DNA of 64,000 nucleotides. It comes from Octopus vulgaris (taxonomy: Eukaryota). This document shows, in pieces, positions 1 through 14,049 of this stretch. A model generated the notes under the pieces. It did no database searches and was not told the DNA's origin. It worked only from the letters and a program-made list of their open reading frames with translations. Positions within the stretch are counted from its first letter, which is position 1; the number at the start of each line of letters is the position of its first letter. The position numbers and the translations under genes were made by a program. The stretch spans positions 81,220,001-81,284,000 of the forward strand of contig OX597815.1 of NCBI GenBank assembly GCA_951406725.2. Direction: 5' to 3'.

Positions 1-985
<985 letters not shown>

Positions 986-1892
986 CCTAGAAAGCACAAG
1001 CTGTGCACTTTATTTTTCATCAAAATACACTCAAATACACACTTTCACTCACGCATCCAGAAAATACAAGCACAGCAGATTGCGCAAAAATATTGAGACT
1101 CACTCACTGAAATAAAGATCACACACACGAAACCACAATAGTGGTTAAGAGGTGGTTTCACACACCTCATGACACTGGAATTCCTGTACCAGGGTTGTAC
1201 AACCCTGCCGGTTGCACCTTATATACACCAGCACATGTGTATGTGCACACACACATTCGGGAAAGTTAAAAATACTACTATCATTACACTTTAAATGTCA
1301 CATACAACATCTAGAAAATGCATGCATTGCAGATTACAAACCGTAAACGCATGTACATATATATATATACACATGTATATATTTTTCATGCATTGGGTCT
1401 ACCTTACAGAACACACACAATAAATATAAATCTTAAAATCACACAACTGGGAAATTTTTTTTTTTAAATTACACACAATATCTCATATAACCATACTGCT
1501 TTCTGTAACACACACACAAACACACACACATTACATAATCAGTCTCGGAAGATGTAGAAAAAAAAAAAAAGAAAAGAAAAGAAAAAGCAGCTAACTCAAC
1601 AAAAATATATCTCTTCAGAATCCAAAGAGAACAGGACAGCAACTGCATCTCTCCAACACCAACATCATCATCATAACAAATAACAACAACAACGACAACA
1701 ACAACGACAAGCATCAATCAGCATCATAACGCTCATCGTCGAAAACTATCACCATCATCATCATCATCAACAAACACCACCCATGCAACAAAACAAACCA
1801 CCACCACCACCACATGGAAAAAAACGCTACACAAAAAATGCCACAACAGCCTCATTACCATCTCCACCACCACCACCACCACCACAAACAGC

Positions 1893-1923
<31 letters not shown>

Positions 1924-1952
1924 GAAATAAAGATTGCTGGATTTTTACATAC

Positions 1953-2215
1953 TTGAGAATTTTTTCCCTTACTTGCAGTATACATAGCCTGGTAGTTTCA
2001 CATTGGGTTTTGTTAAGATAAATCTTGTTGCTGTTTGTTATGTGGTTACCGTCATTATCATTATTATTATCATCATCATTATTATTATCATTGTGATTTT
2101 CATGATTATTATTATTATTGATACTATAACTGATATTGTTGCAGCTATTGTCGTTGTTACCGTTGTTTACCGTCTCGATGTCATTGTTCTTCATGGTTTT
2201 GGAAATCATTCTCAT
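1953..2215 (-). CDS. Candidate first coding exon, Asn/Asp-rich N-terminus (MRMISKTMKNNDIETVNNGNNDNSC...RLCILQVREKIL)
   Basis: ATG at 2215. The frame stays open through mixed AAC/AAT/GAT/GGT codons. Two 5' splice sites: CAA|GTAAGG after 1973 (phase 0) and CAA|GTATGT after 1953 (phase 2). No homology recognised. Confidence 0.33.
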
Positions 2216-3598
2216 CTTTTTACTCACTCAACTTTTTGATCTCATTTCATTCTTCACAAACCAATCCATCCATCCAAACATCCATGCATCTAATCCAATC
2301 CAATCCAATCCAATCATCCAACACAGTTTTTTCCAACTTTTTCTGCTAATCCAAAACCCTTTGCTCTCTTTAGAACCAATCTAGAAGAATTGGCATCACA
2401 ACAATCAGCAGCGTCGCAGCCATCGTCATCATAAAATTGCAGCAGCAGCAAAAAAGCCACTACTTCCACTAACGACAGGCGAAACCAACTACAACCAGCT
2501 AAAATACTACAGCAGCTACAACTGCACGAATATCATAACCGCTACCACAACCACCACCACCACCACTACAGCTACTACCACTACTACTACTATTACTACA
2601 ACTTCAGCCCACACCACCAGACACTACAAGTACCCACCCCCAACAACTATGTCCCCGTGGTTATAATAACTACTACAAAGTCACTAGTCATAACCAAAAA
2701 CAACAACAACTACACCAAAATTCGCCGTCGTTTATCACCACCGCCATCAACAACAACAACAACACCTCGAGAGAACTAGCAGCATCAGCAACTCCAACAG
2801 CATCAGATATGAAAGAGGTATTATTAATAGCAACAACAGCAGCAACAACAACAGATGCAGCAGCAGCAGTAGTCAGTGCTGCTGCTGCCACTGCTGCTGC
2901 TGCCGAACTCCCTCCCCCACAACACCGACAGCAGCGGCTACAAATAGTACAGCAGCACTAGCGGGGTGGGGGGACGCGAGGGTAGAGTGGAAGAAAGAAT
3001 TGTCCATCATCCATGCATGCATAGAGAGAGAGAGAGAGGCGGTGGGGGGGACACACACACATAGGACAGCACATAAATATACAAACGCTTGTACGCAAAC
3101 ATACAAAAGTGCACGCTCTCACACACACACACGGCTCATTCGCCTGCAACTAGCTCTCTCTCTCTCTCTCAAACATCTCCGAAAGAGATTATTACACACA
3201 TACAATGATGATGATGATGATGGTGATGTGGGTGGATGGATGGATGGAAGAAGAAAGATGATGAAGAAGGAGAGACACTGACGACGACGGCAACGATGAT
3301 GATGATGAGGAGGAGGAGGAAGAAAACAGAAACAAGGACAACAATTATTATTATGACGACGATGATGATGATGAGACTAAGCTAGTTTCAGTTACACAGT
3401 GAAAGGTTACGAAATTTAAATGAAATAAAAGCAAAAAAAAAAAAAAAAAGAGAAATAAATAAAAAAAAACTGAAGTAAAAAAATGGTAATCAGTCTCTAG
3501 CAAGTCAATGGCATCAATAAGTTGTGTGCATATGTTATGCTGCATGATGCAATGCAATGCATGCACACATGCACGCATGCAGAGCTTTAATAACATAC

Positions 3599-3628
3599 AT
3601 TTTCCTAGAATGACAGCTCAGCAGTTTC
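3599..3628 (-). CDS. Candidate 30-nt frame-preserving microexon (x-KLLSCHSRK-x, phase 2/2)
   Basis: Minus strand reads tcacttcacttttgctttactgtgcatttAG|gaaactgctgagctgtcattctaggaaaat|GTATGT. Only one of three frames is open. Three TGCATG follow the donor. Confidence 0.5.
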
Positions 3629-4533
3629 CTAAATGCACAGTAAAGCAAAAGTGAAGTGATCGATAAATCTTGCAAAACAAAACCGACTGTAATTTTTCTA
3701 ACGAAGAACCAGCAGCCGAGGAGAGGAGAGGGGTATTTTCAGAGAGAGAGAGAGAGAGAATTGAGATTAGAGACTAAAAAGACTTCTTAAAGAGCAAGAG
3801 GTAAAAAGAAAAAAAAGAAAAAAAGAAAAAAGGATACTGGAAGGAGAATTTTAAAAACCAAACCTACCATACACATTCCATACTTTGCAATATTTTATTT
3901 ATTCATTATTATAATTATTATTATTATTATTAATAATATATTCTATATTATTTTGGTTGGGGAGGTGTCTTGTTTGAAATTCATTTGGGGGTTTTCTTTT
4001 TTTTTTTAATTCCAAGAAATGAAGAATTGGTAAAGGTATAAGAAACAGTTGTGATGGTGGTGGTGATAAAGAGAGAAGTGATGGACAAAGGGATATGCAC
4101 ACACATGGAAGAGAAAAATGAGAAGAAAATGGGAGGGAGAGAGAGCAAAGGGTGAGCAGAAGATGAAGGGAGAGTAGAAGAGAAGAGAAAGAAGAGCAGG
4201 AGACAAAGAGATAAGAGAGTAGTATGAAGGAAAAAGAGGGACAGTGACAGTCGGATAAGTTATGTAGTGGGAGTGAGGAAAGCAAATTGGTGGGAGGAGA
4301 AAAAAGAAGTGGTGGGAGTTGGAAAAAGAGTAGCGGTGGGAGTTGGAAAAAAGAGAAATGGCAGGAGTGGAGAAGAAGCAAGAGTCAGGAGAAAGGCAGA
4401 GGGAGTGAATGAGAAACAAGCAGTAGGAGTGGGAGTAAAAGCAGAAAGAGAGTGAGGGGGTGGGTGTGAAATGACTGCAAGAAGAGAAAAGGAGTGAGAT
4501 TGAGAGTAAAAATAACAATAGCTATGATGGTGA

Positions 4534-4567
<34 letters not shown>

Positions 4568-5385
4568 GGTAGAAAATCCCCCTAGCGATGATGATGATAA
4601 TGGTGGCAATGGTTATTAAACTGCTTAATCATGATTTTATTAGGAACTGATGCTATGTCTTTCTCTCACTCGAGTAGACTGAATGAAGTGGGTTCTAATT
4701 CATGTCTGCTCCGCCTACACATCAGAAGCATCACTATCATGGCCACTGCCGCCACCACCACCGCCGCCGCCACCACCACCACCACCATCTCAATTATCAC
4801 TGATACTGCATCATTATGATTAGTGCCGCCATCATCATCATCATCATTATCGCCAAACTCAAATTGACCCTCGTTACCTTCATAACCAAACTGCCACCAC
4901 CACCACCACCACCAGTGTCATTCCTACCCATTTTACTATTACCTCATCAAACCACCCCCACACCTCCATTGGCGCCATTGTTACGAGAGACTACCAACCT
5001 TGCCACCACTGCCACCATCCTCATCATTTTTACCTTCCACTGATGCCATCCACCCAAACACACCCGCTTCTCCAGTCCCTCCAAGATGGAACAATACAAT
5101 TTTTGAGGGAAAGAATAAAATACATAAATAAATGAAAGGTGGCTACAATGATGGCTCCCACTCATCTCTGTAGTGAGGCAACAAACGGGGAGGGGTGGGG
5201 GGCAATTAAAAAAAAAAGAGAGACACGGGATACAAAGTAAACGGGGAAGCTACAGGGCTGTGGGGGTGACGCTATGTCGAAAGGAGGGACAATGTATGAG
5301 GTTGAATGGATTAGAGAGAAAGAGAGAAAGACAGAAAATTGGGAACTATCAACTTCACACACAGGTACCCGAAAGACTTATTATC

Positions 5386-5424
<39 letters not shown>

Positions 5425-5436
5425 TACTACTACTAA

Positions 5437-6612
5437 GGCTGCAAGCCGGCAGAATTTTTAGCATGCCGAACAAAACACTTCCATGGCATTTTGTCCATCT
5501 TTATTTACGTTCTGAGTTCAAATTCCACGAAGGTTGACTTTACCTTTCATCCTTTCGGGGTCGATAAATTAAGTACCAGTTGAGTACTGAGATCGATGTA
5601 CTCAACTACCCCCACCTTCAAATTTCAGGCCTTGTGCCTATATTGGAAAGGATTATTATTATAATTATTAAGGCAGCGAGCTGGCAGATTTTGTTAGCAA
5701 GCCGGACAAAACACTCCATGGCATTTCGTCCGTCTTTATGTTCTGAGTTCAAATTCTGTCGAGGTTGTCTTTGCCTTTCACCCTTTCAAGGTCAATAAAT
5801 TAAGTACCGGTGAAATACTAGGGTCGATGTAATTGACTAGACCCTCCCGCCGCCCAGAAAATTACAAGTTCCGTGCCTTTAGTAGAAAGAATTATTATCA
5901 TTATTATTACTATAGGTAGTGAGCTGGAGAATCATTACCACACTGGATGAACTGCTTAGTGGCATTTCTCCCAGCCCTTTATATTCCGAGTTGAAATTCC
6001 AGAGAGGTTGACATTGCCTTTTGTCCTTTCAGGGTCCATAAAATAAGTACCAGTTAAGCACTGGGGCGGTCAATCTAATCAAACTTACTCTCCACACCAC
6101 CCCCAAAATTTCAGGTTTTGTACCTATAGCAGAAAGGATTATTACTACTACTACTACTAATTATAATAATGATAATAATAATATTAATAATAATTATTAT
6201 TAATATTATTATTATTATAAGTACCAGTGCATAATGGGTACTTATTTAATCAGTCTTTTCAGGATGGATTAAATAAGTACCAGTTATGCAGTAGGGTTGA
6301 TGTAATCGACTAAACCACCTCCCCCAAGCTACCCTTGTAGCAAAAATTTGAAATCGTTATTACTATAATAATAATAATTATTATTATTATTATTATTTGG
6401 CAGAATCGGACAAAATGACTAGCTATATTTCTTCCAACTCATTTTGTTCTGAGTTTACATTCTGCCAGAGTCAACTCTTATTTTCATCCATTCAGGGTTG
6501 ATAATAAAAAAAAAAAAAAAAAAAGGAACCAACCAGTCAAGTACTAAGGTTAATGTAATCAACTTCCCCCACTCACCTCAAAAACTGCTGGCCTTTATCC
6601 AAAATTTGAACA
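5437..6612 (+). mobile_element. Train of ~5 family-A tRNA-derived SINE copies separated by (ATT)n
   Basis: Repeated head GGC(G)GCGAGCTGGCAGAAT, B-box GAGTTCAAATTC and core CTTTGCCTTTCATCCTTTCGGGGTCGATAAATTAAGTACCAG. Copies start near 5437, 5672, 5914, 6216 (partial) and 6398. Confidence 0.9.
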
Positions 6613-6631
6613 CCGTATTTATCGTCTGCCT

Positions 6632-6933
6632 TTTGTTTCAGCCACAAGACTGCAGCCATGCTGGAGCACTGCCTTGAATGGTTTTAGTCAAAAAGACAAA
6701 TTGAGTGGTAACTAATTTTCTTTGAAGTCTGATATTTTCTCTATCAATTTCTTTTGTCTGACCACTAAGTTATGGGGACATAAACAAACCAACATCAGTT
6801 GACAAACAGTAGGGGAGGGGAACAAACAGACACAAAAACTATAGTAAAAAACACTGCCTGTGGAACTGAACCCAGAACTAAATAGTCACAATGTGTAAAA
6901 TGAGTTTCTTAACCACATAGCCATGCAAGCACC
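6632..6933 (-). mobile_element. Degenerate family-B SINE
   Basis: Reverse complement resembles the 16141-16553 copy (GCCATGCTGGAGCAC, CACTAAGTTATGGGGAC, AACCACATAGCCATGC). Confidence 0.75.
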
Positions 6934-7367
6934 CATTATTATGCTATTATTGTTATTATTACTATTATTATTATTATCATTATTATTTTCTTTCCATTTT
7001 TCCTCACTCTTTATGTAAATGCTGACAAAAATTGTTTCATGTCCTTGTGATGTACCCCTCAGCTATGCCCCTGTACCTAATAAAAGAAATCGCTATTATT
7101 ATCATTATTATTTATATTGGAAGAATCATTAGAGTGTTAATTAAACTGCCTTACAGTTTTTGTTTTTTTTTTTTTTTTTCAGTTCTTGATGTTGTGAGTT
7201 CATTTTCCTCTGAAGTACTGTGAGATAATTCAACCAAGTAATCTCCCTGCCACAACCACTACAAAATTTGTGACCTTAGGAAAAAAAAAAAAATCAACTC
7301 TTTTTTGATGTTATAGGAAATCATTATAAACATTCCTGTTGTTGATGATAATATTTATACACACTAA

Positions 7368-7550
7368 GGCGACGTTGTGGGAGAATCATTAGCACGCTGG
7401 GTAAAATGCTTAGCAGCACTCTGTCTTCACATTCTGAGTTCAAATTCCAGTGAGGTCGATTTTACCAGTCATCCCTTTGGGATTGATGAAATAAGCACCA
7501 GTTGAGCACTACCCTGAAATTACTGGCCTCGTATTAAAATTCGAAATCAA
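7368..7550 (+). mobile_element. Family-A SINE copy
   Basis: AGAATCATTAGCACGCTGGG...TTCTGAGTTCAAATTCC...GAGGTCGA...ATAAGCACCAG. Confidence 0.85.
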
Positions 7551-8454
7551 TATTTATATAAGGGTGAATACCTCATTGTCTTGTTAAGTATATATAATTA
7601 TAACATGTACATACACATACACACATATGTAAAGTTAAGTAAAAAAGAGAGAGAGAGAGCATGCTTGTAAATTTCTTTGTATAAATTTGTGTATGTAAAA
7701 AGGCATGCATGTATGTACACATGGATCTATGTACAAACACACACACACAAACACAGAATCACATACATACAAATTTGCTGCTGTATATATTACCGAACTG
7801 CCCAAGAGTCATATACCCAACTCTTAACTCTTGCACAGACACCTACTGAATACAGAGAACGATTAATAGTAACAGCAATAACAACAACTTCTTTGCACAA
7901 CAACAACACTTGTATACAGCTTATACTGCTGACTGTCGGTGTGTGCATGTGTACATGCATGCCGACACCAACAGATCTATACAGACGTACACAGCCATGT
8001 GCATTTGCAATGCATGCAAATAGAGATGCATGTGTACACGTAGTTGCACCAAGAGACTGCATTCTCAACAATCTAGCACTGCAGTTCCATAATTGAAGTA
8101 TATTGACAGCTGAGCTCGGCTGAAAAATTTTTGAGGGCACCATGACATTTTAATGTACAGTGTGCAAATGATTGCATGTGTGTGTGCGAGTGTGTGTGTG
8201 AGGAGAGAGAGAGAGAGAGAGATGGTAGATAGGTATAGGCAGGGTGTTGCTGATAATGATTGTGGTGGGGATGGAGAAGAGATACAGGGAGGATAAAGAG
8301 AAGAAGAAATGATGAGGCTGACATTTTTGATTGCCTTGACAAAAAAAAAAAAAGATAAAATAAATTTGAAGACAACCTACATTCCATCACTATACCATGT
8401 GTGGATTGGTGGTGGCAGTAGTATGTATGTGTGTATATATATATATATATATAC

Positions 8455-8490
<36 letters not shown>

Positions 8491-8683
8491 CACGTTACAT
8501 AAACGTATGCGTACACACACACACACACACACTTGTACACACACACATTTATTTCTATGTAGAGTTACACGCTAAAAGTCAAATGTTAATTGAAGTATCA
8601 CTCAATACATTTCAATAGAATATCAAAAACATTGAGAGTAACTTCGAAGACAGACTAATGTACAAGTATTAATCTATATATAA

Positions 8684-8720
<37 letters not shown>

Positions 8721-10262
8721 TATATATATAAATATATAAAAATATATATATGGATGTATGTGTATATATATATATACACACACACACAGTATAATTAGTG
8801 TCTACCTTTCCCATACACATGCACACTAATTCTATTTCTCTGTCTCTCTCTCATATATATATATATATATTATAGTGGGGTAGGCCAGCTTATATATATA
8901 TATATATATATATGCACACACACTCATATACATACACACACATGTGCGTGTGCTTGTGTGTGGAAATAGGGACATACACACCAAAGCAAAGGTATAATTG
9001 GGCTTATTTCAGAACTGTAGAAAGGAGTACAAGGAGTTAAATATTTTTGTGTTTGTCACACTGTAAATGAAGGAACAACAATAGTTTTATTGCCTACAGT
9101 ATTTTCTAGTAATGGGAGGGAAAGTGGAGGGAGGAAAGAGGGGGAGTGCAGGAAGAGGACTACTACAGCAATAACGACAACAACAAGAACATATTGAAAA
9201 AATATTGAAACATGGAGAAGTAAAACAAACACATTAACAGCACCAGAAAATAGAGGAGACAAGACAGAAACAAAGAGAAATGACATCAGACTTGTGAAGG
9301 TGGGAGTGGGAAATTTTATTAGTGGAAGGCCATAAGGGAAGAAAGAGATGAAAAGGAAATGATAGATTATGATAGATGAAGAGGAAGATAGAAGGGGGAA
9401 GACAGAGATGAGGACAAAGATAAGAGAAAGCAGAAAGAAAAAGGAAAAGTGTGCATGAGAGGGAGAGAGAAAGTTTTTGAGAAATTTCAAAAAGGAAAGT
9501 CAAGCATGATGTAACAAAATGATGCCAAAAAGTGATGAAAGGAAGAGAAGATAAGTGGTTGAGGTTTAAGCCTAAGAATAACAATTGTTTCACTGTTGAA
9601 CAAATTAAGGAAGGATACTCATCTATATCATCATCATCAGCAGCAGCAGCAGACTCATTATCTTTATTGCTGCCCTCATCATCACCACTCCCATTACCCC
9701 CCCCACCACCACCATAATTGTTTTCACTTTGATGAGCTTCATCACCATCATCATCATATCCCTAGAAATAGCACTGTAAGTCATTCATAACACACACCTA
9801 TCACTATTATGAATGGAGGAGAGTCCAGATCTTCCTCCTCCTCCTCCCTTTCCCCAGCAAACCTCACCGCTGATGGCCATCCATCAAAACCATTATAACA
9901 TTAACAGGCAGCACAATTATCACCACCACCACCACCACCACCACCATTACCACTACTACCATCAATATCATTTATTACCTACTGCCACCAATGCCACATA
10001 GCAACCCATGTACATGCTAAAAGTATCCCTCTCTGAGCATCACCAACCAAACATCATCATTAATATTATCAACAGCATCACCTCTATAACTATACTATGC
10101 ATAGTTCAACAGAAATATCATTCTCACATCTATCATCACCGCAACCACCACCATCATCACCACCACCACCACCACCACCACCACCACATTCATATCCTTA
10201 CTGCTGTAGAAGGCCACTGCCAACAATGCCATCAACAATAAGGAAGAAAGACGGAAAAAACC

Positions 10263-10433
10263 CAACAAGGAAGCATCTATGTGGCCGTTTGACCTGCTAT
10301 AAATAGCAACAAAATCTCTGACATCACACAGCAACATCTTTGAAAAAAAAAAAAAAAAAGGTAAAATGGTCACGACTGGAATGCCTTTGATCATAAAAGA
10401 TGGTTCAACTGAGACTGACCTGTGGCTAAACAC
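10263..10433 (+). mobile_element. Family-D SINE-like interspersed repeat
   Basis: GACCTGCTATAAATAGCAACAAAATCTC...GACTGGAATGCCTTTGATCATA...GACCTGTGGCTAAACA. Related copies near 20860-21060(-), 34890-35070(+), 35360-35590(+), 36090-36250(+), 39470-39680(-), 43720-43870(-), 47270-47450(+), 53830-54040(-), 56715-56790(-), 56970-57140(-) and 60450-60540(-). Confidence 0.7.
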
Positions 10434-10786
10434 CACCACTGACCACAACTCTGTTACAGCCCAATCATCATCTAACCAAAAAGGTAGATTCCTATATTGA
10501 TGATGATGATGATAACCAAAGTGTGGTCTGATTGTAGGCGCAGAGTTCGCTTTGTGTGTGTGTGCGCGCGCGCGCGTGTGTGTAGCTAAAAAGACATACA
10601 ATGCATCTGTAGTTTAAATGCCATGCACACACATGCACGTGTATGTGTGTCTGCACTGTATGGCAAATCTCTGCAAGCGGGTGTGCACTACATTACATTT
10701 AGTGAGTGTGTGCTGATGCCTTTTATAAAGAATTTGTGTGTGTGTGTGTCTGTCTGTCTGATGTGGTAACATGATAATATCTAAAG

Positions 10787-11345
10787 GGTGGCAAGCTGGC
10801 AGAATCATTAGCACACCAGATGAAATAAATGCCTGCCGTTGCATTCTGAGTTCAAATTCCGCCGAGGTCGACTTTGCCTTTCATACTTTCAGGGGCAATT
10901 AAATAAGTACCAGTTACATAGTCATTTTCTGGCAGAATCGTTAACACACCAGGCAGAGTGTTTGGCTGCATTTCAACTGACTTATTCTGAGTTCAAATTC
11001 CACCAATGTTGACTTTGCTTTCAGGGTTGAAAACTGGGGATGATGTAATCAACTTGCTCCCACCCGGAAATTGCTGGCCTTGTGCCAAAATTCGAAACCA
11101 TTATTATTATTATGATGATGATGATGAAGTGAAGACAACAAGCTAGCAGAATTGTTAGCACGATGGGCAAAATGCTTAGCGCTATTTTGTCTAATGCTAT
11201 GTTCTGAGTTCAAGTTCCGACAAGGTTGACTTTGCCTTTCATCCTTTTGGGGTTGATTAAATAAGTATTAGTTATACACTGGGGTCGATGTAATTTACTA
11301 AATCCCTTCTCCCAAATTTGAGACCTTGTGCTTCCAGTAGAAAGG

Positions 11346-11383
<38 letters not shown>

Positions 11384-13020
11384 GAAGTGAAGGTGGCAAG
11401 CTGGCAGAAGTGCTGCTTGCGCAGGGAAAAATGCTTAGAGGCATTTCTTCCAACTTTACGTTCTAAGTTCAAATGCTGCCAGAGTGGGTCGACTGCCTCT
11501 CATCCTTTTGGGGTTGACAAAATAAAAAGCAGTTGAACACAAGGGGCGATGGAATTGACTTACCCCATCAAAAAAAAAAAAACTGCTGGCCTTGTGCGAA
11601 AAAACTGAAATCCTCATCATTATTATTATGAAGGCAGTGAGATAACAGAATTGTTAGCGCATCAGACAAAATCCATATTGGAATTTTTTTTCAGGTTCTT
11701 TGTGATCTGAGTTCAAATTCTGCAGGGGTGATTTTACTTTAATCCTTTCGGGTTTGATAAAAATACTAGTCAAATATTAGGGGTCAACACAATTGACCTC
11801 ACTTGCTCTGCTCAATATTGCAGGTCATATGCAAATATTATAAAGAATTAATTATTCAGAATTATTAGTGTCAGACTTGCAGCGTTTGTTCTAGCACTTG
11901 ATTTTCGGAATTCAGATTCCACCAGGATTAACTTTTCCTTTCATCCTTCCTGAAGCCAATCCAATCAATTAACCCCTTCCCTTCAGAATCTGTAACCTAG
12001 CAACTATATTAGAAATCATTATTATTATTATAATAAAGGCATTGAAGTGGCAGAATCACTAGCACACTGGGAAAAATGCTTAGTGGCATTTAATTTGTCT
12101 TTATATTTTGAGTTCAAATTCTGCTGAGGTCGATTTTGCCTTTCACCCTTTCAGTATCAATGAAACAAGTGATAGTTAAGTGTGGGGGTTGATGTAATTG
12201 ACTACTCCCTACCCACAAAATTTCTAGCTTTGTGCCTATAGTAAAAAAGAATTACTATTAGTGTGATTATGGCTATCATTTTATAAGGACAGTGAATTGG
12301 TAGAGTAATTAGACAACATGCTTTTTCGATTTTGTTCCAGCTTTTATGTTCAGAGTTCAAATCCTACTATGGTCAACTTTTCCTCTCATACTTCTAGGTC
12401 TGATTATAAATAAAGTACCAATCTAAAAACTGAATAGGTATAATCCCTCCTCTTGTAACCTTGTGCCTATGTTTAACTTATCACCATCATCATCAATAAA
12501 CCAATGTTTTACTGTATTACATAAGTAATGGTTATTAAACCTCGTTAGAGCTAACTTTACTTTTTAAGAGTCGTATATGATAATCAAAACAGTTTCTCCT
12601 CAAAAATGTGTTCTTGCATTTATTATGTTAGAAAGACAGCAATATTACCTATTAGTTAGGAATGGTTACCAATGAGAAATAGTGCCCCTGTGTAGACATG
12701 CACCCTACCTCACAGAGAGCTACACCTCTGACTTCAGGTTATCAATCTACAGGTAAGCAGAGGCCCTTTAAAGCATGACAAATAATATGAAGTTAAGGTG
12801 GCAAGCTAGCAGAATCATTAGTATGCAGGGCAAAAGGCTTAGAGGCATTACAATCGACCTTACATTCCGAGTTCAAATTCTGCTGAGGTTGACTTTGCCT
12901 TTCATCTTTTCAGTGTCAACAAAATAAGTACCAGTTAAGCACTGGGGTCAACTGGTATTTGAGGGATAATTGACTTACTCCTCCCCTGAAGTTGATGGCC
13001 TTGTGCCAAAATTCGAAACC
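10787..13020 (+). mobile_element. Train of ~9 family-A SINE copies, all plus strand
   Basis: Family-A heads/cores start near 10787, 10928, 11133, 11391, 11632, 11860, 12038, 12287 and 12797, mostly separated by ATT/ATG triplet tracts. Confidence 0.9.
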
Positions 13021-14049
13021 AATATTTTAATTGAAGTTTAGGTGTTAATTAAATTATCTCCAACTAGAGAGAAGACATTACACATCGACAGGTGTGATAA
13101 ATATGACACTATCTTCAGCATCTCTTACTCTTAATAGCAGTGATGTCGTTTAGCATTTTCGATAGTTTCCAAATACACCAGAGAAATCCATTCAAGTTTC
13201 TCCTCTCACTCTCACCCCTCTAACCCTTCACACCACCACTAACTACTATGACAATCACCCCTCGCCACGACCAACACCACCATCTCGCCACTAAAACTAC
13301 TACTACTACTACTAAAAACTAAACCTATTGAACGTTACCACTATTATGACATCATCGTCATCGCCCACCACTCGCAGCAATGCATGCGCATATAGCAGTC
13401 AGTGCAGGCATGCAACAGCAGCGGCAGAAATTACTGGATGCACATGTCTGGCTTCAGACATGTGTCGCTTCACAGAAAAATGTGCACACGAGTTTGCTGT
13501 TGTAGATAGTAGTAGTAAAGTGATTTGTACATAAATATACAAGACCGTTGTTAGAGCTCATTCATCACATTTTGTTAGCGGGTGATGACTGGGGTAGCGG
13601 TGGCAGTAGATGCAGTACGGGAGAGCTGTAGTGGTAGCAGTAGATGCAGCACGGGTGCGGAGTGTGACAGTGGTGGAAGTGAAGGTGACTATGCCAACCA
13701 AGTCGGCTATGTACATAGTGCGAGAGTTGTAAGAGTAACAATTAAAGTAACTCTAGTTAAAGAGATAGTATAGTGATGACAGTGGCGCTAGTAGTAGAGG
13801 AGGTGGTGACAATACATGTAGGTAATAGTTGTAAAATAGCAGCAGAAGTAGACATGTAGTAAAAATATACTAAGTGGTGATGGTACTAGCAGCAGTAACA
13901 GCGTCAACTTCACCATTTTGTTTCATTTGCTGACACATGAATTCATTATGCTATCTTCATCTTCAATCAGGTTCGAGACCTCGCTGCACTCAGTTCAAAT
14001 CCCAGCAGAGACGATGCTATAATTAAGCAAATGGAGTGAGTTTGGAAAA

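Noticed and set aside
3899-4518. Leu/Ser/Phe-rich minus-strand ORFs and a 24-bp duplication near 4309-4356
   Set aside because: The purine-rich low-complexity strand lacks stops by composition; no domain is recognisable.
7940-8040. Cluster of TGCATG/CATGCA motifs and ORFs 7677+/7790-
   Set aside because: No adjacent exon with both splice sites; explainable by TG/CA repeat decay.
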